In this document: positions 1 through 9,103 of the stretch, one piece after another
Position numbering within the stretch: the first letter of the stretch is position 1
Layout of the letters: every line of letters begins with the position of its first letter
From: Eledone cirrhosa
Lineage: Eukaryota
DNA: 64,000 bases
Assembly (NCBI GenBank): GCA_964016885.1
Contig: OZ024741.1
Span: 16,554,001 to 16,618,000 of the forward strand
Direction of reading: 5' to 3'
The notes under the pieces: model-generated
Seen by the model: only the letters and a program-made list of their open reading frames with translations
Databases searched by the model: none
What the model was told of the DNA's origin: nothing
Program-made: the position numbers and the translations under genes

Positions 1-1183
1 ACTGGAAAAGTAGGTGAGCGGCTGCATGATTTCTTAAAAGACAGAAGACAGACAGTTGCAGCTATGGGGCCCTCTCAAAAGAAACATCCATAACAAGCGG
101 CGTGCCCCAGGGCACAGTCTTGGGACCACTTCGAGTTTTGGTAGCTCTCTCAGACTTGCCCTCTGTAGTACATACAACATCCTCACTAGCTTTGCTGATG
201 ACACAAAGGTAGCAGAGGTAATCAAAAACCCGGCTGATGCTACCCTTTTACAACAAGATATGGATGCCATATACAAATGGGCTGAGGAGAACAATATGCA
301 GTTTAATGCTGGAAAATGTCAAGCCTTACAATACCAACCAGCAAACACAAAGACAATACAATACAGCTACACCGGACCAAGAGGGATCGAAATCCCCGTG
401 TCGAAATCGATACGAGACCTGGAGATAGACATGAGCGACGATACAACTTTTTCTTCACACATCATGAGGGTGGCGACAATGTGCAGACGACTCACTGGTT
501 GGATCTTGGGGACTTTCCGGACAAAAGACCGAGAGACCATGTTGATACTATGGAGGACATTTGTCCTAAGCCGCCTGGACTACTGCTCCCAGCTGTGGTC
601 ACCCCAGTGTATCAAACTAACGATGGAGCTTGAGGCAATCCAGCGAAGCTACACAAAGAGGATTGCGACGATGAAGGAGATAAGCTACCGGGAGAGGCTA
701 AAAGAACTGAAACTCTACTCCTTGGAACGAAGACGGGAGAGATACGCAGTGATATACATATGGAAAATCCTGGAGGGACTAGCGCCAACATTTTGCATTG
801 AGAGCTGGACCAACTCCCGAACAGGACGTCACTGTGTGGTGCCAAAGGTCCCGTCTTCCACATCTAGAATAAGGAGCAGATATGGCAATAGCCTGGGGTT
901 CAAAGGCCCTCAACTCTTCAACGAGCTGCCAAGAAATTTGAGAGATCTGCATGGTTTGGCTGTGGATATTTTCAAGAAACTTCTCGACACCCTGCTATCC
1001 AGGATCCCGGATGAGCCCACAGCACGGTACGAAGGTAACCCAAGGGCAACAGCAACTCTCTCTCTCTTGCATCAATGGCCAGCCAACACAGGATGGAGAT
1101 AGAAGGTGTAGCAACAAGGGCGGTGCTCCAGCATGGCCTCAGAAGGATGGCTGGAACAGGTAAAAGAGTAAAAGAGTAAAAGA

Positions 1184-1185
<2 letters not shown>
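1..1185 (+). mobile_element. 3' part of a CR1/L2-like non-LTR retrotransposon: degenerate RT C-terminal half, short 3' UTR and (GTAAAAGA)n tail
   Basis: ORF 56-1102 contains FADDTK (RT catalytic motif), RLDYCSQLWSP, LEAIQRSYTK, LYSLERRRER, GPQLFNELP and IPDEP. The region upstream of FADD looks frameshifted. Three 8-bp GTAAAAGA repeats at 1160-1183 precede (TA)n. Confidence 0.85.
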
Positions 1186-1272
<87 letters not shown>

Positions 1273-1292
1273 CGTGTGTGTGTGTGTGTGTA
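1185..1292. repeat. compound (TA)n(TG)n microsatellite
   Basis: Read directly. Confidence 0.98.
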
Positions 1293-1511
1293 TATCTTTC
1301 TTCTAACTTTGAGAAAGACCAAAAAATTCGTATTTCGTCTGTAAAATACTGAGGTATTTTTTACTCAGAATAACTTAATAGAGAAGAAAACCCAATTTTT
1401 AATCAAATATTTCACATTCAATACTTACTGCCACCTGTTGTTAGATAATGGAAGGTGTTGAGGAGGAAACTATTGTTGCTGGGATGTGCTTAAGGCATTA
1501 CTTGGCCTTAA

Positions 1512-1514
<3 letters not shown>

Positions 1515-1597
<83 letters not shown>
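1515..1597. repeat. (CT)n(TA)n microsatellite
   Basis: Read directly. Confidence 0.98.
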
Positions 1598-1599
<2 letters not shown>

Positions 1600-1791
1600 G
1601 GGTTTGAGGTTCACCACTGTATAAAGCTGGTCTATTCCGTATGGTCAATCGTAATGCAATAATATAGAGAGTACTCAACGTAAAGCAGTTCAACCGTCTT
1701 TGTTTTTGTAGTTGGTGGTGCTATTACGGAGTTAAATATTATAATGAAATGACAGGAGGCTGGATTTGTGTAAATCCTTGAAAGGTTTATT

Positions 1792-1849
1792 ATACTATGA
1801 TCATTTCAATGACCGGGTTCCGTATGAATCCGGTGATATCATCAGGTAT
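1792..1849 (-). ncRNA. type I hammerhead ribozyme motif (Penelope pLTR-like)
   Basis: Minus strand: atac-CTGATGA-t atcaccgg...ccggtcat t-GAAA-t GATC a-TA-gtat-AATAAA. Intact core, 4-bp stem I, palindromic stem III loop. Confidence 0.75.
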
Positions 1850-3009
1850 TCGAAATATAATACGTGAATGTAATAGATAAAATCCATGGGGCTGAAAATC
1901 GAGGACCCGAGGGCGACCGCTATTCTGCTCCTTCAACTTCAGCCGGTCGCCCTCGAGTGACGTGGCTAAAGTTTACAGTATGCTACTACCGGTCAGATAA
2001 ACGAAAACAGAAAGGGATGGGAACATAAGTTAGCCTCAATCTCATGTCACAAGGTAAAAGAAAGAAAGAAAGGAAGGAGAGAGAAGAAGGGGGAACAAAG
2101 AAGAAGAGAAGCCAGGTTTAATGTCAGCTATAAGAAGAAAGGCAACTACTACCGGTCAGATATAGGCAAGCAAAAGGGGGAAGGAAGATAAGTCTGCGGG
2201 AGGAAGACAGGAAGAGGGGAGAAGAGAAGGAAGAGAAGAGAGAAGTAGAAAAGTAAGGGTTGATGGCTACCAGAAGGAAGATAGAAAGAAAGAGGAAGAA
2301 AGGTCGATATTAATGTCAGACCACAGTCAGGCCAAGAGTAGCGCGAGAAAATTTTCACAGGGACCTGCATCTTAGCAGAGGTGAATATATTGGGAGTCAG
2401 TGTGTTACAATGTTTAGACTTATAGGATGAAGTTAAAAAATTAATAATCCATATTCAATATTAAAGAGGTTAGAAAATTTAAAGTTCAACAGTTTAACAT
2501 TTTCAGGTTGATATATATAATAGTTCCGATTTGTTCTGTAATTTAAAGGTACTATGTGGCGGTTAAAACACCGGCCGCGCCCCGGGCCCCATGGCGAATT
2601 AAGCTACGCCGAGTATTTTCATTTACCGAAAGAGGGGGAAATTTATTTTCCCAAGCACTCCAGGTAAGCTCGTGCGCCAGGGTGCTGGTCGCGCCGCCAT
2701 TAGAACCCACCCACCAGTTCGACAGAAAGTTGGAACTTTAAAATATTGCTTAACTTTATCGGATGAAGTTGAAAGAATTCAGAATAACATTATAAAATTA
2801 AAGAGTAAGAAGATTGAGAATTGAACAAACAGAAAATGGAAGATTAAACATTCAAATAACTTCTATGAGGTTTTGGGTTGCGGGGTTTAATTAAAGAGAG
2901 TCTTTTATGAAGAAAGGTTAATTGTATTATATGTATATATATATATGGGTCCTGGGCGTAACCACAGTAAGGTATGCAATACATACGCAGTATTGAATAT
3001 AGAAATGGC

Positions 3010-3054
3010 TTCTACAGGACTAGAACTGTTTCATTCGAAGGAAATCACCAGGAA
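3010..3054 (-). ncRNA. hammerhead-like motif with one core mismatch
   Basis: Minus strand: ttc-CTGGTGA-tttc cttc gaat-GAAA-cag ttctagtc ctg-TA-gaa. A related copy with an intact CTGATGA lies at 40951-40995. Confidence 0.6.
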
Positions 3055-3119
3055 TTTTATATATATATTTATATAATATAAAACAAAAAATCAGTGATGC
3101 ATCTGGACTCAGTTTATTG

Positions 3120-3209
3120 TGTGTTACAATTGTTTCGCCGGCAGATAGCTCGAGACAGGATCATTGTATGGATCTGTCTGATTCTAGATCTGCAGATTCT
3201 TCGGACACA
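3120..3209 (-). ncRNA. hammerhead-like motif with extended stem II
   Basis: Minus strand: tgtgt-CCGAAGA-(61-nt hairpin with gcagat/atctgc and agacag/ctgtct)-GAAAC AATT GTA-acaca-c-AATAAA. Confidence 0.7.
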
Positions 3210-3231
3210 TGCAATACTTTCGGAACAAACT

Positions 3232-3387
<156 letters not shown>

Positions 3388-3583
3388 TTCGTTTCTGAAT
3401 TTGTTTAGCAAGATTCTTTAGCTGAAAACGTGTGTTGAAACCGATATTGTTATACTTTGGGAGGGTCATGTTGCCAATAAGGAACACACGTACCAGTTGC
3501 TTTCACTCCAATTTATTATAAATTTAAGAATTTATAAATTTCCGGTTGGTTGGTTCCACAACCAGACGATTGTTCATATATTG

Positions 3584-3624
3584 TCAAAGTTCTTTCGTCA
3601 CACATTCTGTGACCTCTTCAGTGA
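3584..3624 (-). ncRNA. minimal type I hammerhead motif
   Basis: Minus strand: tca-CTGAAGA-g gtcaca gaatg tgtgac-GAAAG aa CTT-tga. Perfect 6-bp stem II and 3-bp stem I. Confidence 0.65.
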
Positions 3625-4097
3625 TTGGGGATTATTTTCTTTGTTTTGTGCCTCTCTTTTGTTCTGTTCTACGCCATCTTGTTTTTGTGTGTGTTGTGTG
3701 CTTAGTTTGCGCATGTATTACATCCGGGTGTCTGTGTGTGTTTATATTTGTTAATTTATTTGTTTATTTATATGTTACTGGTTGGTTGTTTGTTCTATGT
3801 GTGTGTGTGTTTTCATTTTGTCCTTAATTGTAAGTTGTGATGTTGCTATTCCATTCATGTTTTCTATTTAATTTGGTTGGAGTTCATGTTTATTGCCCCT
3901 GTGATTTGTCTAAACATTGCGTCTTTTCTGTGTGTAGATTCTATTTTTTTATTTTTTTTATTTTTATTTCTAGAAAACAAAAAAAAATTTTAAAAAATGC
4001 GTGTGTTACAACCAATATCAAAATTTGAAAGATTTGGAAAATATTAGCTGAAGTAGAAAACCTGTGTGTCAGAATCGAGAAGTGTAAATATCGAGAA

Positions 4098-4124
<27 letters not shown>

Positions 4125-4129
<5 letters not shown>

Positions 4130-4265
4130 AGGATAAAAAGGACGATTGATTATTCCTTCATTGCATTTATTGATAGGTGACGCGCGTTTCGCCACTGATC
4201 AGCTCAAGGCTCGATCCATATCGATCCTACCCGACTCAATAATCCGCAGCTCGACGGACCCTCTT
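4125..4265 (-). repeat. dispersed repeat carrying the 3' half of a hammerhead (GAAAC GCGC GTC...AATAAA); second copy at ~41330-41465
   Basis: Both sites share catttattga..gtgacgcg.gttt.gc.a.tgatcagctcaaggct.gatc and both abut (TA)n. The CTGA core was not found. Confidence 0.55.
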
Positions 4266-4665
4266 AAAATGCTATAAGAAAATGAAATACATGCTCTGTG
4301 GTAAAGTCAGAGATTCAAGAGTTTGACAAAATGAGTTGTTTTGATTGGTGGGAAGGATCAAGGCGATGTACTGGCCTGTAGTGTATACTCCCGGGTGAAC
4401 CTGCAGTAACTCCTAGTTACACCCTCTGGATATATATATATATATATATAAACATCTTTAAGTCGTTTGGAAGCCTCGACAATGCAAATGGGTAAATCTC
4501 CGGGTAACAAGATCCGGTGGTGGAGAGAGAGATGTAAGTGGGTGTACGTTGAGATGCGTGGTGTGTAAAGATGTGTAAATGTGTAGAAGAAAGAAGGGAA
4601 GAGTATAAAGGATAAAATAAAAATAACAACACAAGAGAGAGTTACCTTGGGAGAGATTTAATAGT

Positions 4666-4702
4666 CCCTATATATTTCGGATTCGCATCCATCAACTGGG
4701 GG
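4666..4702 (-). ncRNA. degenerate hammerhead-like motif
   Basis: Minus strand: cccc-CAGTTGA-t ggat GCGA atcc-GAAA tata TA-ggga-ct-ATTAAA. Two core mismatches, but stems and spacing fit. Confidence 0.4.
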
Positions 4703-4749
4703 TTTTTTCCGGGGTAAAGGTTATCTGTCGGACAGGTGCGAAACGCGTC

Positions 4750-4793
4750 CTCCGCTGTTTGTTGTTTTGTATTCAAAACAACAAACAGCGGAG
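4750..4793. other. perfect 20-bp inverted repeat with a 4-nt loop
   Basis: ctccgctgtttgttgttttg-tatt-caaaacaacaaacagcggag. Confidence 0.95.
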
Positions 4794-4841
4794 AGGCAGA
4801 CAAATAAAGGTTTATTAGGTTCACGCTTTTGAGGGGGGGGG

Positions 4842-4869
4842 GACGTTTCGGGCATAAGCCCTTCTTCAG
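4842..4869 (-). ncRNA. minimal Penelope-type hammerhead core
   Basis: Minus strand: CTGAAGA-a gggc ttat gccc-GAAAC GTC, followed by AATAAA at 4811-4816. Stem I pairing is not evident. Confidence 0.7.
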
Positions 4870-5097
4870 GAGTAAATAGGTTAGGAAGAGAGTTCAGAGA
4901 GGGTGTGTGGAAATATATATATGCTCAGAGAGTGGGATCGGTCGAGTGCAAGGCCTTTCCCCACTTAAAAAACCTTCAAAGCACAGGCATTGCTTGTTCA
5001 GAAGTCATTATATATATATGTGTGTGTGTGTGTGGGTGTGTGTGTGTAGAACAATAGAAAAAAAAACAAAACAGAAGTCAGCCGTAGATAGTTGATT

Positions 5098-5227
5098 GTT
5101 TTACGATCGCTTCAGAGGGTTGATTGATTGACGGAGATCGATGTATCGACTAGAATGTTAGTGGTTCGTTTACCACCTATTACTAGTCTCGAAAACCCAC
5201 TTCAACCGGCCGTCCTCCTCAATATAC
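5098..5227 (-). ncRNA. degenerate hammerhead-like motif with ~100-nt branched stem II
   Basis: Minus strand: TTGAGGA-(102 nt with gactag/ctagtc and gtggt/accac helices)-GAAGC GATC GTA-aaac-aatcaa. Confidence 0.4.
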
Positions 5228-5276
5228 ATATAACAGGTTGAATGAGTTGGGGTGCAGTGTGTGTGTTCTACGCACG

Positions 5277-5308
<32 letters not shown>

Positions 5309-5524
5309 CACACACACATGAATGTGTAAGTCCTCATCTAACACAGCCTAACACATTGTTTATATTTGCCAAGTTTGAAAGATTTCAAAATTTCCTGTTT
5401 ACTAAGAACAAACACGGGAAGTGTTAACAAGTGTATGTGCGTGTGTATATATGTATATATATATATATATAAATAATATATGTGTGTACATATATATATG
5501 TGTGTGTGTGTATATATATGTATG

Positions 5525-5850
5525 CTTTATTGAAGTATTTAAGACTATTCAACAGAATTCGTAATATAATCGTCTTGTCTCCCCACAGCCCCGGCGGACA
5601 GAATGGAGAAGGTGTTTCCCTGGGGGACGGCAAGGGAGAGGCGCTGGAAAAGCCATTCCAGCTCGCGAGGCTGGCCAGCCCAGCGCCTATGGCGGGGAGT
5701 AGGGAGGTAGCCCTAGGGCCGAGGACACCAGAAGTTTCTACTGCCAAGGGTACAACCGCAAACCTGTCGGAGAGTGACCGGTATTTGAAGAGTTTGGCCT
5801 CCTCAACCCGACCTGCAGCAGAACCTGGGTGTTTATGGCCGGTCATAGAC
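5525..5850 (-). mobile_element. 3' fragment of a CRE-clade-like non-LTR retrotransposon (restriction-like endonuclease C-terminus)
   Basis: EEAKLFKYRSL..VVPLAVETSGVLGP; after a frameshift, ELEWLFQRLSLAV..GNTFSIL. Minus-strand AATAAA near 5527. Confidence 0.75.
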
Positions 5851-6111
5851 ACAATTGGCCACATTCTCTATAGGGTAAATCAACCTGCATGTCATGATAT
5901 TCAGGCAAACTGACCCCAAGGCCCTTACGAGCACACAGCTAAGTTGAAACAGGGAGAGAGAGGTGAGAGAGAGGGTGAAAGAGGGAGAGAGAGAGAAAGT
6001 GAAACAGGGTGAGAGAAAGCGAGAGAAAGAGGGAGAGAGAGAGCGAGAGAGAGGGTGAGAGTGAGAAGTGACCTGGGAAGAAAAGATGGGAGATTGGGTG
6101 TCACTATAGAG

Positions 6112-8052
6112 CAGGGGTCACCAAACTTTTTTCACAGTGGCCGGATAACTGAAAGAATGACGAGCGCGGGCCGCATAATCATTCTGTTCAATACTTGCAA
6201 GCCAGAACGAAAGCTCTGGGAAAAAAGACGAAACACTACGTTTAGCATTCCATGTTAATCATGGGTGAGTGGCGTGCAATGCACAAAAAACAAAGACAAC
6301 CAACATATTTATTTACTAAAAAGTTATCAAAGAAGGCGACGTTAGCAAAAATATGGTTACATCAGACCTAGTGTGCACATATCCGAATCTTACAAACTAA
6401 ACAGCAACAAAGGTTAGTGAGATTTGTGAAACTGACGTTTGGCTTTTATCATCAATGTTTGGTTTGGAATTGCTGCATCCAATCAAGAGAATTGCTTTCA
6501 AATGTTCATCAGTCAATCTTGTTCGATGTGTTGACTTCACATACTTCATTTTTGAAAATGTTTGCTCACAGACATAAGTTGTTCCAAACAATGATGCCAT
6601 ACCAGCGGCAAATTTCTTCAATTTCGGAAACTCAACATCATGTAAGAAGCGGTAAAATTCAACAAGTTTTCCTTCTCTGTGCTTCTCTTTCAACAAGTCA
6701 TTTGCTTGCAAATCAATGAGCTCCAACTGTAGTTCAACTGGCACATCATCAAGGTTACAATCAAACGGATTCTGGAACAGAAGAATGTCACTTTCAATTC
6801 TGTCGAGATCTGAAAATCTCTCCAAAAAATGCTTCTTCAAGTCACGAATAATCTTTTTAGGAAAATCGAGGTTGACATCTTCAGCAATTGTAGCGGAAAA
6901 CTGTTTGAAACAGTGAAAATGAGAGAAGTTTTCTTCTTCCAGTTGTGCTTCAAACAATGACAGCTTTCTCCGAAATCTTTTGATGATTCTGTAGAGATCA
7001 CAGACGAGGTTATCCTTTCCCTGAAGTTTCAAGTTCAGTTCATTCATGTGGGATGTGATGTCGACCAAAAATGACAAATTTGACAGCCAGGTAGGATCTG
7101 ACAGCTGTGGATCAGCTCTATCTTTTTCAGCGAGAAAAACATCTATTTCGTTTCGGAGCTTGTAAAAACGAAACAGGACTTTACCGCAGCTGAGCCACCT
7201 CACTGCTGTGTGATAAGGCAACTCACAGAAATCAGAATCAATTTCTTCAAGAAAAGCCTGAAACTGACGGTGATTGAGTGCATGTCCCGAATGAAGTTCA
7301 CAGCAGAAACGACTGGTTTCAGTACACAAGAAATATCCAAGTCTTTCCCACAGAGTGCCCGGAATTTGCAAATCTTCCAACTGAGTCCTTATCTGCCCGA
7401 CCAGACCCTTCCTCACTCCAGCCATGTTTTTTCCTCCATCAACTGTAACACCTCGAAGCTGATTCCACTGAAGGTGCACTTCCATGAAAATGTCTTTTCC
7501 AGTTGTTGTTCCATGTATGCAGCAAACGGATGCCAACTCTTCCGTTATTTGAAAGTCCAAATTGACACCGCGAATGAACACGAGAAGTTGTGACGTACTC
7601 GAGAGATCAGTAGACTCATCCAGCGCCAGAGAATACCACAAGTTCCTAGCTTTCTCGCGTATCTGTAGCACTATGTTCTCTTCAAGTTCTTCTGTTCTCC
7701 GCACAACTGAACTTGCCGAAAGGCTGATACTTCCAAACAAATCGGCTTTCTCAGGACACAAGTCATTTGCTACTTCCATCATACATCATTACTTGCCATC
7801 AGTAAACGGTTTTCCTCGCTCTGCCAACTTATGCACTATTTTGTAACTTGTACGAGTGACAGATTCATTTTCAGCAAGCTTTCTCGTGAAGAGATTTCTT
7901 TGAGTTTCTAAACCACGTTTCATGGACTCATATTTCTCAGAGCGTAACTTTCCAGAAAACTTTGAATATGTTGATAGATGTTTTGTTTCATAGTGACGCC
8001 GAAGATTGTACTCTTTCAAAACGGCAACACTTTCGCTGCATACCACGCAACA
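6112..8052 (-). mobile_element. defective hAT (Buster/Charlie/SPIN-like) DNA transposon; 3' TIR present, 5' end deleted
   Basis: TIR CAGGGGTCACCAAACTT at 6112 is preceded by the 8-mer ctaTAgag (NNNTANNN target pattern). The transposase lies on the minus strand. Confidence 0.9.
6397..8052 (-). pseudogene. hAT transposase pseudogene (GTF2IRD2/SPIN-like)
   Basis: Partial BED finger CVVC..NLRRHYETKH, then LALDESTD, VTVDGGKNM, VRWLS, LNLKLQG and TYVCEQTFSKMK. Two in-frame stops at 7786-7791. The CxxH motif is deleted, with a local frameshift near 7290-7360. Confidence 0.9.
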
Positions 8053-8700
8053 GGACTGTGTGGGAGGGGGAAGAAGGGGGGTCACTATAGAGGACTGTGT
8101 GGGAGGGGGAAGAAGGGGGGTCACTATAGAGGACTGTGTGGGAGGGGGAAGAAGGGGGGGTCACTATAGAGGACTGTGTGGGAGGGGGAAGAAGGGGGTC
8201 ACTATAGAGGACTGTGTGGAAGAGGGAAGAAGGGGGGGTCACTATAGAGGACTGTGTGGGAGGGGGGAAAAGGGGGTCACTATAGAGGACTGTGTGGGAG
8301 GGGGAAGAAGGGGGGTCACTATAGAGGACTGTGGAAGGGGGAAGAAGGGGGGGTCACTATAGAGGACTGTGTGGGAGGGGGAAGAAGGGGGGTCACTACA
8401 GAGGACTGTGTGGGAGGGGGAAGAAGGGGGGTCACTATAGAGGACTGTGTGGGAGGGGGAAGAAGAGGGGTCACTATAGAGGACTGTGTGGGAGGGGGAA
8501 GAAGGGGGTCACTATAGAGGACTGTGTGGAAGAGGGAAGAAGGGGCGTCACTATAGAGGACTGTGTGGGAGGGGGAAGAAGGGGGGTCACTATAGAGGAC
8601 TGTGTGGAAGGGGGGAAGAAGGGGGGTCACTACAGAGGATTGTGTGGGAGGGGGAAGAAGGGGGTCACTATAGAGGACTGTGTGGGAGGGGGAAGAAAGG
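8053..8700 (+). repeat. G-rich minisatellite, ~38-40-bp unit GTCACTATAGAGGACTGTGTGGGAGGGGGAAGAAGGGGG, ~16-17 copies
   Basis: GTCACTA recurs at 8081, 8120, 8160, 8198 ... 8664. Confidence 0.97.
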
Positions 8701-8749
8701 AACCACAATAGGAGGAGGGGAGAACTAGATACCAGACCATTTCTGATGT

Positions 8750-9103
8750 TTGTGAGTAGTTATGGGAGTGTATGTGTAGGTGTTAGTAGATGTATGTATG
8801 TGTATGTAGGTGTTAGGGTGTATATGTTAGTAGATGTATGTGTGTGTACATATGTGAGTGTATGTGTGAGGGTGTATATGTTAGTAGATGTATGTGTGAG
8901 TGTATGTGTAGGTGTTAGTAGATGTATGTATGTGTATGTGTAGTATGAGTAGATGTATGTGTGTATGTGAGTGTGAGGGTGTAAATGTTAGTAGATGTAT
9001 GTGTGTATATGTGAGTGTATGTGTAGATGTGAGGGTGTATAGTTAGTAGATGTATGTGTGAGTGTATGTGTGTATATGTTAGTAGATGTATGTGAGTGTA
9101 TGT
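8750..9103. repeat. degenerate GT/GTAT low-complexity repeat (gtgtatatgttagtagatgtatgt)
   Basis: Read directly. Confidence 0.85.

Noticed and set aside
8053-8700. CRISPR-like periodicity and TCACTATAG resembling a T7/SP6 promoter end
   Set aside because: There are no unique spacers or cas genes, and the upstream phage-promoter bases are absent. It is a plain minisatellite.
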